Assembly: GCA_963706955.1 (NCBI GenBank)
Contig: CAVPOC010000008.1
Coordinates: forward strand, 864,001 to 928,000
Direction: 5' to 3'
DNA: 64,000 nucleotides
Source of the DNA: an uncultured Verrucomicrobiae bacterium
GTDB taxonomy: Bacteria; Verrucomicrobiota; Verrucomicrobiia; Chthoniobacterales; Terrimicrobiaceae
Below are positions 21,618 to 31,794 of this stretch, piece by piece. The translations under genes were made by a program, and so were the position numbers. Within the stretch, counting starts at the first letter, position 1; each line of letters begins with the position of its first letter. The notes under the pieces were generated by a model, which did no database searches, had not been told where the DNA came from, and saw only the letters and a list, made by a program, of their open reading frames with translations.

Positions 21618-21707
21618 GCGAGTGGCGCGAGACGCTCTCGCCTTGGCTAGGATATTAACTTGGCAACCCAGCCTGCTGTCAGCTCGTCGATATTAGGCTC
21701 GATCTCT

Positions 21708-22693
21708 TCATTCCCGGTGCCGCAAGAGATCCGTCAGAACAGCGACAAGCACGATCGCGCCGACGACAACGCGTTCCCAATACCCAGAAACGTTGAGAAG
21801 AGAAAGGCCGTTGGAAACAACCGCCATCAACAATGTTCCAAAAACCGTGCCGATTACTGTTCCTTGACCCCCTTTTAGAGACGTTCCGCCCAAGATCGCC
21901 GCGGTAATCGCTCCCATTAGCCATCCCTCGCCAACCGCGGGTTGTCCGGAATCCATGCGACTCGCGTAAAGTATTCCGGCAAGAGCGGCGAACATTCCCG
22001 CGAGGCCGTAGGCAAACATTTCTACCCTCGCCACGGGGATACCCACCAGGACGGCCGCGTCCCGATTGCCTCCGATGGCATAGATGTTTCGACCAAAGGG
22101 TGTCAATCGAAGCAGCCAGACGAGTATCGCAGCCGCGCCGAGAAAAATAACTACTGGCAAAGGTATGCCTAAGATACTGCCCTGGCCAAAAATCGTGAAA
22201 CCCGGGCCTAACGGGCGGATTGGGTATCCTTTAGTGATTACCAGAGTTAGTCCGGCGAAGATCGCCCCGGAGGCGAGAGTCACAATGAAGGGATTCAGTT
22301 TAGGCGCGCAACAAACAAGCCATTTAACAGACCCAGGCTCAATCCGAACAGCGCGGTCAAGGGAATGACCAACCAAGGGTGAACGCCGGCCGATTTGAGC
22401 ATGAGGGAGCCGACAATCGCTGAAAAGCTGGCGCATGCGCCCAGAGAGAGATCAATTCCTCCAAGGAGCAAGACCAATGTCTGGCCTAAGGCAACCAATC
22501 CCACAAAGGACGCTTGCCGGATAACAACGGTGAGGTTGTAACTGTTAAGAAAATTTGGAGAAACCAGGGAAAGAACGAGACACAAGACAATCAGCGCGAT
22601 GAGAACTCCGCTTGCCTCCCAGCGGAGGGCTTGCTTGAGCGGACTGTCTCGCTTGACTGACGTCTCTTTTTTGGTGGCTGTCGCTTTCGACAT
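21708..22693 (-). CDS. Sugar ABC transporter permease; frameshift near 22300
   Basis: ORF 22295-22693 (GGIDLSLG...NGLFVARL) joins ORF 21708-22436 (KLNPFIVTLA, YAIGGN, AAILGGTSLKGG). Confidence 0.88.
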
Positions 22694-22715
22694 AACATCT
22701 ATATCGCGGAGGGTG

Positions 22716-24224
22716 CTAAGACATCGCCAGGGCTAGCAAAGCTTTTTGAGTCGCCGTTGGGGTTTCGACTACTCCCTTGCTTCGTCCCTCATGCATCACC
22801 AGGATACGATCTGAAACTTGAAGGATCTCTTCCAGCTCTGACGAGATGTAAATGATCGAAAGTCCTTCTTTGCCTAGTCCACGTAACAATGTCTGGATCT
22901 CAAACTTGGCATTTACGTCGATGCCACGAGTCGGCTCATCCAGAATAAGGACTCGACAGTTACTTAGAAGCCATCGCGCCAGGATCGCTTTCTGTTGGTT
23001 GCCACCGCTAAGGTTTTTGATCGGGGTTTGCGGTGTTTGGGTGCGTATGGCTAGCTGCCGAATATACTCCCTGCCTGCCTTCACCATCTCTCCGCGACGG
23101 AGCCCGTAAACAGCCAAAAATCTCATGAGCGTGGCTATGCAGATATTTTCCGTGACGCTGAGAAGGGGAAAAATGCCCTCCTTTTTCCGCTCTTCCGGCG
23201 CATAGACGAGTCCATTGGCAATGGCTGCGGAGGGAGTGCGATGCCGCACTCGGCGACCTTCGAGTTCAATTTCGCCGCGGTCCGGTTGCGTTAATCCGAA
23301 AATACACTTGCCAAGCTCGGTCCTCCCGGACCCGATCAGCCCTGAAATTGCAAGGATTTCACTTCGATGCAGCTCGAAATTAACTCCCTCAAATTCTTCG
23401 CTGCGCGAGAGATCGCGCACTTTCAGAACGACCTCTGTGCCTTTGGAACTCGGTTGAGATTTGCGCTCGCTTAGGGTGGCGACTTCTCGCCCGGCCATAT
23501 GACGAACGATCTCGTCTTTGTCGGTCTGTTGCGGATCTAATTCGATAATGAACTCGCCATCGCGTAACACACTGACTCGGTCCGAGAGTTGAAGCACTTC
23601 ATCGAGGCGGTGCGAAATGTAAAAAATTGCCCCGCCACTGCTTCGAAATCGCTTGATGAAGTCAAAGAGCCGGACTGCCTCGCGGTCTGTCAAGGCGGCG
23701 GTTGGCTCATCAAAGATGAGGATTTCTGCCTTGGTGGCCGTGGCTCGCGCAATCTGAACGAGTTGCTGGTGCGCCGCGCTCAGGGTCCCTACCTTAACGC
23801 TTGGGCTGATGGTCGGATCGATCTCTCCAAGGTGCTCCGCAGCCAAACGTCGTGTTGCCTTCCAGTCGATTCCGAACCGACCGCCAGAATGGTTTCCGAG
23901 CACGATGTTTTCGGCGACGGACAATTGCGGACAGAGATTGAGCTCCTGCGGAGCGATAGCGATTCCGGCCTGATGTGCGTCGATGGGAGACGTGAAATGC
24001 AACGTCTTGTCATTCCACCGCAACTCTCCTTCAGTGGGAATAAGCTTACCGCAGATGATATTCATGAGCGTGCTTTTTCCCGCGCCATTTTCCCCCGTAA
24101 CGGCGTGAACCTGACCTGAGCGGATATCCATGCTCACGTCTCTGAGCGCATAGTACGGTCCGAAGCGCTTGGAAACATTCCGAATCTCGAACAGCAGCTC
24201 GGTGGTTGCTGCGTCCGTTCTCAT
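22716..24224 (-). CDS. Sugar ABC ATP-binding protein (CUT2)
   Basis: GENGAGKST, IFDEPT, LSGGNQQK, ILDEPTRG; likely start ATG 24224. Confidence 0.93.
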   Translation of the reverse strand: MRTDAATTELLFEIRNVSKRFGPYYALRDVSMDIRSGQVHAVTGENGAGKSTLMNIICGKLIPTEGELRWNDKTLHFTSPIDAHQAGIAIAPQELNLCPQLSVAENIVLGNHSGGRFGIDWKATRRLAAEHLGEIDPTISPSVKVGTLSAAHQQLVQIARATATKAEILIFDEPTAALTDREAVRLFDFIKRFRSSGGAIFYISHRLDEVLQLSDRVSVLRDGEFIIELDPQQTDKDEIVRHMAGREVATLSERKSQPSSKGTEVVLKVRDLSRSEEFEGVNFELHRSEILAISGLIGSGRTELGKCIFGLTQPDRGEIELEGRRVRHRTPSAAIANGLVYAPEERKKEGIFPLLSVTENICIATLMRFLAVYGLRRGEMVKAGREYIRQLAIRTQTPQTPIKNLSGGNQQKAILARWLLSNCRVLILDEPTRGIDVNAKFEIQTLLRGLGKEGLSIIYISSELEEILQVSDRILVMHEGRSKGVVETPTATQKALLALAMS

Positions 24225-24302
24225 AACCAACGTCCGGCTATGTGTTCGCTGGACCGGGTGTCCGCGGCGAGAGGTTCTTAGTTCGACTCCATGCCAAGAC
24301 AC

Positions 24303-25256
24303 TCACTTGACTGAATCTTTCGTCAGCAATCGTGAACCGGTGGCATGCTCCTTCGGAATTGTATGACCCTCGTTCATCGCGACGACATAGTAAACGGTCC
24401 AGTAACCAATCTCCCACTGCCTCTGCGCTTTCGTTGCCAGAATCGTTCCGTCTTTGATGAACTGGATTGTTTCCGGGAGATCATCCATACCGACGATCAC
24501 GATCTGACCGGCTTTTTTCGCGTTTGTGACAGCACGGGCCGCGCCGATGGGATTGCTGGCGTTGCATCCAAAAATACCTGCAAGGTCGGGATTGGCCTGC
24601 AAAGCATTTTCCGTCAAGGAGACCGCTGTCTCAAGCTCGTCATTGTCTGGCCGTTCGAAGGCGATCTGAATATCGGGATATTCTTTCATAGCGCGTTTGA
24701 AACCCTCAACGCGAGCCACGTGGTTGGGCGCGGTCAAGCTGCCGGAGAGAATTCCCACTTTGCCTTTTCCTCCGATTTTCTCTGCGAGCAATTTCCCGAG
24801 ATCGTAGCCATCCTGTTCATCTTGGCGGTGTCCGACGTAGGGAAATCGGTCGTCGCAAAACGTGTCGAAGGTCATTACGTTGAGTCCAGCTCGCTTGGCC
24901 TCCTCAAGAATCTGCACGTTGGTCGAAGGGTCGAGCGCAGCGACACAGATTGCATCCGGTCTGCGACCGATGGCCGCTTCAATTCTTCTATTCTGGTCGT
25001 CAATATTGGCCTGTGGCGGGGCATCCCAAATCACCTCGACATCGACGCCAAGCTTCTTCAGCTCATCGACGGCAAAGTTTGCTCCATCGTGAACGACGTC
25101 GTACCAAGGATGAATGACCTTGGGGATGTAGATTATCGTCAGCTTCTTAGTGATCGGCTTAATCAGCTCGCGCTGCTCAGCTTGTCCCATGGAAATCTCG
25201 ACAGAGGCAAAGGTGAAAACGATAAGGGCTAGGATCCTGCAAAGGTTCATAATCAC
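24303..25256 (-). CDS. Sugar ABC substrate-binding protein (LsrB/RhaS-like)
   Basis: Signal peptide; IPKVIHPWYD, VMTFDT, GSLTAPNHVARVEG, VGMDD, QRQWEIGY. Confidence 0.9.
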   Translation of the reverse strand: MIMNLCRILALIVFTFASVEISMGQAEQRELIKPITKKLTIIYIPKVIHPWYDVVHDGANFAVDELKKLGVDVEVIWDAPPQANIDDQNRRIEAAIGRRPDAICVAALDPSTNVQILEEAKRAGLNVMTFDTFCDDRFPYVGHRQDEQDGYDLGKLLAEKIGGKGKVGILSGSLTAPNHVARVEGFKRAMKEYPDIQIAFERPDNDELETAVSLTENALQANPDLAGIFGCNASNPIGAARAVTNAKKAGQIVIVGMDDLPETIQFIKDGTILATKAQRQWEIGYWTVYYVVAMNEGHTIPKEHATGSRLLTKDSVK

Positions 25257-25338
25257 GAGTGGAGTGGGGGTGAAATTGGGGTGAATATTGACTAGGGCAA
25301 CGGACAGTCCGAAATGATTACAAATCCCGTCAAAGATT

Positions 25339-25370
25339 CTAGGAAGATCTGATCTTTTCTTTGGACAAAT
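25339..25370 (-). promoter_or_regulatory. Conserved regulon motif copy 5 (minus strand atttGTCCAAAGaaaaGATCAGATCTTCCTAG)
   Basis: About 85 bp upstream of the SBP start at 25250/25256. Confidence 0.7.
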
Positions 25371-25442
25371 CGACGTTCCACTCCTGGCTGTTTACGGCTG
25401 CGAGCCGGCCAGGCACCGAGGGTGGACCCACGGATGGGAATT

Positions 25443-25467
25443 CGGCGGTGCGGACACCACTACTACA
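25443..25467. repeat. Half REP-like element (CTACA end)
   Basis: CGGCGGTGCGGACACCACTACTACA, a degenerate match to the right half of the 16241 element. Confidence 0.55.
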
Positions 25468-25565
25468 GCGCTCAAGCGCCTCCGATTCGGACCGAAAGTT
25501 TTTCTGGAGTGCCGGCCCGCCAAGCCCGATAGTTGTTCTAAAATTCTTAAGCCGAGGAGGTATTG

Positions 25566-26015
25566 ATGGAAATTACAACGACTATTGGATCGATTTTGAA
25601 CCGCAAAGGGACGACGGTCTGGTCAGTGTCGCCGACCAATACGGTGTTCGAGGCTATCTCGATGATGGCGGAGAAAAATGTCGGCGCGCTACCGGTGCTC
25701 GAGGGTGATCGTCTTGTGGGAATGATCTCTGAGCGAGACTATGCGCGAAAGGTGATCCTGCTTGGGCGTGGCTCGCGAGAGACGTCGGTTGCCGAGATCA
25801 TGACCGTCAACCTGAAGACAGTCGGTCTCAGTGAGTCTGTTCAGGAGTGCATGCAAATAATGACAGACAATAGGGTCAGGCACATTCCTGTGCTGGAAGG
25901 AGACAAACTCGCGGGCCTCATCTCTATCGGCGATTGCGTGAATTGGATCATCAGCGCCCAGACGGCCGCCATCGATGATCTCGAGCGCTTTGTCACCGGC
26001 GCTTATCCGGCTTAG
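25566..26015 (+). CDS. CBS-domain pair protein
   Basis: VGALPV..LVGMISERD, VRHIPV..LAGLISIGD. Confidence 0.92.
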   Translation: MEITTTIGSILNRKGTTVWSVSPTNTVFEAISMMAEKNVGALPVLEGDRLVGMISERDYARKVILLGRGSRETSVAEIMTVNLKTVGLSESVQECMQIMTDNRVRHIPVLEGDKLAGLISIGDCVNWIISAQTAAIDDLERFVTGAYPA

Positions 26016-26261
26016 CGGTTGAAGCATCCAAAGCACTCTGTAAATGCCGGATCGAGTCGACGGCATACATCATGCGGCGACCACGGACGAAAATCACTGT
26101 TTGAGGTGCTTTCTCGGAGGAATATTCCTGCGTGCATATCGAGACGTTCGATTCCGGCATGCTGAGGAGGGCGACGTTCGTAATGAGCTTGAAAGAGCGG
26201 AGCCTGATCGATATTGAAAGCACGCTGATTTTCCCGGCTCGAAATTGGAGAAGATGCCTCT

Positions 26262-27074
26262 ATGTCTGCGGCGAATGTTTTGTCTAAGCCCCGCGCGTTT
26301 GGTGAAACCATGCGACGTGACGCCTGGTGGACGCAACCGCTCTTTGTATTCCTGGGTCTCTCCACCTTCCTTGTCTATTCGACTTGGGCAGCCTTTCAGG
26401 GGACTCATTACTGGTTCGATCAAAACGGGGCGGATTATCTCTCGCCCTTCTACTCGCCGGAGATCTTTGGCAGCTCACCTCATGCGATTTTTGGTCCTGC
26501 CGGAGACTGGTGGCCCTCTTGGTTAGTCTTTTCACCGGCTCTGTTGATTCTTTGGGCGCCGGCAGGTTTTCGCCTGACGTGCTATTACTATCGCGGCGCT
26601 TACTACAAGGCGTTCTGGGCTGATCCTCCTGCCTGTGCCGTTGGCGAGCCACGTAAGGGATATCTCGGCGAGAATTCCTTTCCGCTGATTATGCAGAACG
26701 TTCATCGCTATTTTCTTTATCTTGCCCTGCTCTTCATCCTCATCCTGGGGCACGACGCGTGGAAAGCGATGTGGTTCGCGGACGCGTCGGGTTCAAAGCA
26801 CTTCGGCATTCGCGTCGGAACCCTGGTGCTAACCGTCAACGTCATTTTGCTCGGTGGTTATACGTTCGGCTGCCATTCGCTGCGTCACTTGATCGGCGGT
26901 TTCCTAACTGAGCTTTCGAAAGCGCCGGCGTGCGCCAAGTGCTACGCCGGCGTAAGTTGCCTGAATCGACGCCACATGCTTTGGGCGTGGCTGAGCTTAT
27001 TCTGGGTTGGCTTCACAGATCTTTACGTTCGCCTCTGCTCGATGGAAGTTTGGGCCGATTGGAAGATCTTATAA
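26262..27074 (+). CDS. Succinate dehydrogenase/fumarate reductase membrane anchor, mycobacterial Sdh1 (Rv0249c)-like
   Basis: YLSPFYSP, FRLTCYYYRGAYY, PPACAVGEP, QNVHRY, GCHSLRH, LNRRHMLWAW; multiple TM helices; directly upstream of the flavoprotein. Confidence 0.8.
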   Translation: MSAANVLSKPRAFGETMRRDAWWTQPLFVFLGLSTFLVYSTWAAFQGTHYWFDQNGADYLSPFYSPEIFGSSPHAIFGPAGDWWPSWLVFSPALLILWAPAGFRLTCYYYRGAYYKAFWADPPACAVGEPRKGYLGENSFPLIMQNVHRYFLYLALLFILILGHDAWKAMWFADASGSKHFGIRVGTLVLTVNVILLGGYTFGCHSLRHLIGGFLTELSKAPACAKCYAGVSCLNRRHMLWAWLSLFWVGFTDLYVRLCSMEVWADWKIL

Positions 27075-27139
27075 AGCGATGATTCGTTGAACCGTTAGGT
27101 CGGGTTCGTTTCGTCAACTCCGGCGCTCGCGCAAATCAA

Positions 27140-28966
27140 GTGGCTACCTACGAAACTCTCGAATACGACGTGCTCATCATTGGCGCTGGCGGTGCGGGAT
27201 TGCGCGCGGCCATTGAGTCCTCCGCGGCGAGCGTCAAAGTTGGTCTGGTCTGCAAGTCCCTGCTCGGCAAAGCACACACGGTCATGGCTGAAGGGGGTAT
27301 GGCCGCGGCCCTGGCCAACGTCGATGAACGCGATAACTGGAAGGTTCATTTTGCCGACACAATGCGCGGGGGCCAGTATGTCAACAACTGGCGCATGGCT
27401 GAATTGCATGCCAAGGAAGCGCCCGAACGCGTCCGCGAACTGGAAGGCTGGGGCGCGGTCTTCGATCGGACTGGCGATGGTCGGATCCTCCAGCGCAATT
27501 TTGGCGGCCACCGCTATCCGCGCCTCGCCCACGTTGGTGACCGAACTGGTTTGGAGCTGATTCGCACGCTACAGGACCATGGGATCCATCAGGGCATCGA
27601 CGTCCATATGGAGCACACGATCATCACGTTGCTTAAGGACGGCGATCGCGTTGTGGGGGCGCTCGGCTATGGACGCGAGCGCGGGCGGTTCAAAGTCTTT
27701 CGGGCAAAAGCCATCGTGCTCGCCACCGGCGGGATCGGCCGGGCCTACAAGATTACAAGCAATTCCTGGGAGTACACTGGCGACGGCCAATCGCTGGCCT
27801 ATCATGCCGGCGCGGAGCTAATTGACATGGAATTCGTGCAATTTCATCCAACCGGAATGGTTTGGCCCCCCAGCGTCATGGGGATTCTCGTCACCGAGGG
27901 CGTGCGCGGCGAAGGTGGGGTGTTGCTGAACAAGGAGGGCAAACGGTTTATGTTCGCAGACATCCCCGCGAACTACAAATCGCAGACTGCTGATAATCCT
28001 GAGGAAGGATGGCGCTATACGCAGGGCGACAAGAACGCTCGCCGCCCGCCCGAGCTTCTCACCCGCGATCACGTGGCGCGGTGTATCGTGGATGAAGTCA
28101 AAGCCGGCCGCGGCAGCCCTCATGGAGGTGTCTTTCTCGATATCGCGTGGATCAAGGAGAAGCTGCCGAACGCTGCCGAACATATTCGAAAGAAGCTCCC
28201 GAGCATGTATCATCAATTCATGCAGCTCGCCAATCTCGACATCACCAAGGAGCCGATGGAGGTAGGCCCAACGACACATTATATTATGGGCGGCGTGCGG
28301 GTAGATGCCGAAACGCAGATGTCCAATGTGCCAGGATTGTTCGCCGCGGGCGAAGTGGCCGCTGGGCTGCACGGCGCCAACCGATTGGGCGGAAACTCAT
28401 TGTCCGACCTGCTCGTTTTTGGCAAACGGGCGGGCGAGTGCGCCGCTGCCTTTGCCAGAGAAAATGGCGGGGGTCAGATTGATGAGGGTCGGCTCCAGGA
28501 GGCTGCGCGCGAGTCGCTCGAGCCGTTTGACCGAGCGGCGGGATCAGCCAACAGCCATGAAGGCCCCTACCAGGTGCAAATCGATTTACAGGAAATGATG
28601 CAGAACCTCGTCGGCATCGTCCGAAGGGAGGAGGAAATGGCCCGCGCTCTCGATGGACTGGCCAAGCTGCGGGAACGATCAAGAAAGGTCGCCGTCGCGG
28701 GCCATCGTGAGTACAACCCGGGCTGGCACACGGCACTCGACCTAAATCACTTGCTCACCATCTCCGAGGCAATCACACTTTCGGCCCTCGAACGAAAAGA
28801 AAGCCGGGGCGGACATTTCCGTGAGGATTTCCCGAGTAAAGACGCCCCAAGCGGCAAGATGAACATCGTTGCCTATAAGGACGACGACGGTTCGATGCGG
28901 ACGCGACGGGAGCCAATTCCTCCAATGCCGCCAGACCTTAAGCAGGTCATCGAAGAGATGGAATGA
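27140..28966 (+). CDS. sdhA: Succinate dehydrogenase/fumarate reductase flavoprotein subunit
   Basis: GAGGAG, KAHTVMAEGG (covalent-FAD His), QFHPTG, TEGVRGEG, HYIMGG, HGANRLGGNSL, ESRGGHFR. Confidence 0.93.
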   Translation: MATYETLEYDVLIIGAGGAGLRAAIESSAASVKVGLVCKSLLGKAHTVMAEGGMAAALANVDERDNWKVHFADTMRGGQYVNNWRMAELHAKEAPERVRELEGWGAVFDRTGDGRILQRNFGGHRYPRLAHVGDRTGLELIRTLQDHGIHQGIDVHMEHTIITLLKDGDRVVGALGYGRERGRFKVFRAKAIVLATGGIGRAYKITSNSWEYTGDGQSLAYHAGAELIDMEFVQFHPTGMVWPPSVMGILVTEGVRGEGGVLLNKEGKRFMFADIPANYKSQTADNPEEGWRYTQGDKNARRPPELLTRDHVARCIVDEVKAGRGSPHGGVFLDIAWIKEKLPNAAEHIRKKLPSMYHQFMQLANLDITKEPMEVGPTTHYIMGGVRVDAETQMSNVPGLFAAGEVAAGLHGANRLGGNSLSDLLVFGKRAGECAAAFARENGGGQIDEGRLQEAARESLEPFDRAAGSANSHEGPYQVQIDLQEMMQNLVGIVRREEEMARALDGLAKLRERSRKVAVAGHREYNPGWHTALDLNHLLTISEAITLSALERKESRGGHFREDFPSKDAPSGKMNIVAYKDDDGSMRTRREPIPPMPPDLKQVIEEME

Positions 28967-29730
28967 ATACCAAGGTCTTCAAGATCTGGCGTGGCGACGC
29001 GAACGGCGGAAAGTTCGTGGACTATGAGACAACCGTTTCGGAGGGCATGGTCGTGCTCGATGCCGTCCACGACATCCAAGCCAGGCAAGCGAACGACCTC
29101 GCCTGCCGCTGGAATTGCAAAGCGGGCAAGTGTGGGTCCTGCTCGGCGGAAATCAATGGCCTGCCTAAGCTCATGTGTATGACACGCCTGGACGAGTTGC
29201 CGGCGGACAGACCCATAACCATCGAGCCGATGAAAGCCTTTCCGCGAGTCCGTGATCTGGTGACCGACGTCTCGTGGAACTTTCGGATGAAGAAAAAAAT
29301 AAAGAAGTTCAAGCCGCGCCCACCCGATGCTGCGGACGGCACCTGGCGCATGGCTCAGGCAGACATCGACCGGATTCAGGAATTTCGGAAATGCATCGAA
29401 TGCTTTCTTTGCCAGGATGTCTGCCACGTATTGCGCGACCATCATAAGCACGAGGAATTCGTGGGACCGCGCTTCTTTGTCTTTGCCGCCGCGTTGGAAA
29501 TGCATCCCCTCGACACCGAAGATCGCACCGCGGAACTCAGACAGGCCGGCGGAATCGGCTTCTGCAATATTACCAAATGCTGCACCAAGGTCTGTCCGGA
29601 AAACATCACCATTACGGACAACGCAATTATTCCGCTCAAGGAGCGGGTCGTTGACGAATTTTACGACCCGTTAGGGTTCTTGCTGAAACTGCTTCGCCCA
29701 AAAACCCAAAAGGAGAAAAAACATGTTTGA
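28963..29730 (+). CDS. sdhB: Succinate dehydrogenase/fumarate reductase Fe-S subunit
   Basis: CKAGKCGSC, CIECFLCQDVC, CNITKCCTKVCP. Confidence 0.93.
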   Translation: MNTKVFKIWRGDANGGKFVDYETTVSEGMVVLDAVHDIQARQANDLACRWNCKAGKCGSCSAEINGLPKLMCMTRLDELPADRPITIEPMKAFPRVRDLVTDVSWNFRMKKKIKKFKPRPPDAADGTWRMAQADIDRIQEFRKCIECFLCQDVCHVLRDHHKHEEFVGPRFFVFAAALEMHPLDTEDRTAELRQAGGIGFCNITKCCTKVCPENITITDNAIIPLKERVVDEFYDPLGFLLKLLRPKTQKEKKHV

Positions 29731-30220
29731 ATTCAAGCGACTTTCCGAAGACGCGATTCCAGCGGCCTTGGAGAAGGCCTTGCGTTACCGCCTGCTCAAT
29801 GAGCCGCACGAGGCCGAAAGTATTTGTCACGATGTCCTGAGCGTCGATCCTGACAATCAGGAGGCGTTGGTCCTCCTCTTGCTGGCGTTGACGGACACCT
29901 TCAGCGACGGCCATGCGGCAGGTGCCAGGCAAGCTCAAGAGGTTCTCTCACGCCTCGAGGATGCCTATGAGCGCGCTTATTACGCGGGCATAATCTGCGA
30001 GCGACAAGCCAAGGCGCGGCTGCTCCAGGGCCATCCGGGTGCCAGCCATGATGCCTACGAGTATCTAAACGAGGCAATGGAATGGTTTGAAAAGGCTGAG
30101 ACCCTCCGCCCGCCTAACAACGACGACGCGCTTCTTCGTTGGAACACGTGCGCTCGGATGATCATGGCCAACCGGCTCACGCCCCGGATGCAAGAAACCG
30201 TCGAAATCGGGGGCGATTAG
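29723..30220 (+). CDS. Hypothetical helical (TPR-like) protein coupled to sdhB
   Basis: 165 aa; 8-bp overlap with sdhB, AGGAG upstream; ALEKALRYRLLNEP...AESIC...YYAGIICER...WNTCAR. Confidence 0.75.
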   Translation: MFEFKRLSEDAIPAALEKALRYRLLNEPHEAESICHDVLSVDPDNQEALVLLLLALTDTFSDGHAAGARQAQEVLSRLEDAYERAYYAGIICERQAKARLLQGHPGASHDAYEYLNEAMEWFEKAETLRPPNNDDALLRWNTCARMIMANRLTPRMQETVEIGGD

Positions 30221-30358
30221 GGTCGATTTGAATCGCGCCTCCAGCGCTGACTAACAATTTGCATCCTATCCCTCGGGCGTTGCCCGAGGCTGATATGAAG
30301 TCGCGCCGTTGGCGTTATCGAGCAGTCCGTTTAGCGCTAGATTCGAACGATGGTCCGT

Positions 30359-30470
30359 GGGGAGCATACGCGTCCTCGCGTGTGGTGTTCGGCGTCCCGC
30401 CGAACACGGCTTTCCGGCGAGGACGGCGGAAATTGCACGCGGGGACGCCGCTGGGACGCATGCGCTCCCC
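30359..30470. repeat. REP-like palindromic element, GGGAGC...GCTCCC family
   Basis: Nested hairpins (TGTTCGGCG...CGCCGAACA); reverse-complement copy at 52738-52834; between convergent genes. Confidence 0.8.
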
Positions 30471-30566
30471 GGAAACATTCTCTCACCTCACGTTTTTCTC
30501 GTCACACGGAAAGGTGCGCGTGCGCGAAATAATTTGGTTGAACACCATGAACGCCCGTTGCCCTGC

Positions 30567-30624
30567 TGTAGCGGAGCTGTCCCCAGCGCCGAACTCCCTC
30601 GACCATGGGGACATGGTCGCTACA
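30567..30624. repeat. REP-like element, TGTAG...CTACA family
   Basis: TGTAGCGGAGCTGTCCCCAGCGCCG...CGACCATGGGGACATGGTCGCTACA. Confidence 0.8.
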
Positions 30625-30729
30625 ATGAAATCTCCGCCGATCGGCTGACCTCCTCCTCCGGAGTAGTGTAATAGTAGAGGCTGGTCCCTGCTCTCGAGCC
30701 CTCCTCCAGCCGATGGAAAAAAGTTCGCC

Positions 30730-31773
30730 TCAGGGGCGCAGATCACGCGCGGGCCGATCCCAAAGATTGATGCCGCCTTCCTGCGCATAGCGGTCGATCG
30801 CGGCAAGTTCCTCTTCAGAAAACTCCAGATTGTCGAGAGCGGCGACGTTCTCATGCACTTGCTCTGCACGGCTTGCCCCAATCAGGGCGGAGGTGACTCG
30901 CTGATCGCGCAAGACCCAGGCGAGGGCCATCTGGGCAAGGCTTTGACCTCGCCCACTTGCGATTTCATTGAGCGCCCGAATACGAGTGAGATTTTCCTCA
31001 CTCAGATGGCTTTTGCTTAGCGAATCTCCTCCAGCTCGATTAATCCGGGCATCCTGGGGCACACCCGAGAGGTATTTCGCAGTCAAGAGTCCTTGCGCCA
31101 GCGGCGTGAAGGCGATGCAGCCGATACCCTCCTCTTCAAGAGCGTTTAGCAAGTCTTCTTCGACCCAACGATTGAGCATGTTATACGATGGCTGGTGGAT
31201 CAGACACGGGGTCCTCGATTCTTTCAGCAATCTCGCCATCTCGCGCGTTTTGCCTGCCGAATAGGAAGAAATGCCCACATAGAGCGCTTTGCCATGCTGC
31301 ACAGCCGTTGCCAGGGCGGATGCGGTCTCCTCGAGCGGCGTATCGACGTCGAACCGATGCGAATAGAAAATGTCGACATAGTCGAGATCCATGCGACGGA
31401 GGCTTTGGTCGAGACTGGCCAGAACGTATTTCCGTGCGCCACCGCCTTGACCGTATGGCCCCGGCCACATATCCCAGCCGGCCTTGGTCGAGATGATGAG
31501 TTCATCGCGATAAGAGTGGAAATCCTCGCGTAGCAAACGCCCGAAATTAAGCTCCGCACTTCCCGGCGGCGGGCCATAGTTGTTGGCGAGATCAAAGTGC
31601 GTGATGCCAAGGTCAAAGGCTGCCCGGAGCATCTCGCGCTGTTTTTCCAGCGGAGTTGTGTCTCCGAAATTGTGCCACAACCCCAAAGACAGTGCGGGCA
31701 ATTTTAGACCGCTCTGGCCACAGGCCCGATAGAGCATTTCCGAGTAGCGATTGGCATTAGCGCTGTAGTTCAT
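30730..31773 (-). CDS. gpr: Aldo-keto reductase, L-glyceraldehyde 3-phosphate reductase (YghZ/Gpr)
   Basis: SLGLWHNFG, THFDLANNYGPPPGSAE, ISTKAG, DIFYSHR, IHQPSY, PLAQGLLT. Confidence 0.88.
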   Translation of the reverse strand: MNYSANANRYSEMLYRACGQSGLKLPALSLGLWHNFGDTTPLEKQREMLRAAFDLGITHFDLANNYGPPPGSAELNFGRLLREDFHSYRDELIISTKAGWDMWPGPYGQGGGARKYVLASLDQSLRRMDLDYVDIFYSHRFDVDTPLEETASALATAVQHGKALYVGISSYSAGKTREMARLLKESRTPCLIHQPSYNMLNRWVEEDLLNALEEEGIGCIAFTPLAQGLLTAKYLSGVPQDARINRAGGDSLSKSHLSEENLTRIRALNEIASGRGQSLAQMALAWVLRDQRVTSALIGASRAEQVHENVAALDNLEFSEEELAAIDRYAQEGGINLWDRPARDLRP

Positions 31774-31794
31774 GGAATGTATTGTCGCTCTACC

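Noticed and set aside
30259..30881. Overlapping short ORFs between the sdh operon and gpr (also 3572-3928, 52735-53049)
   Set aside because: They are translations of GC-rich REP-like repeats.
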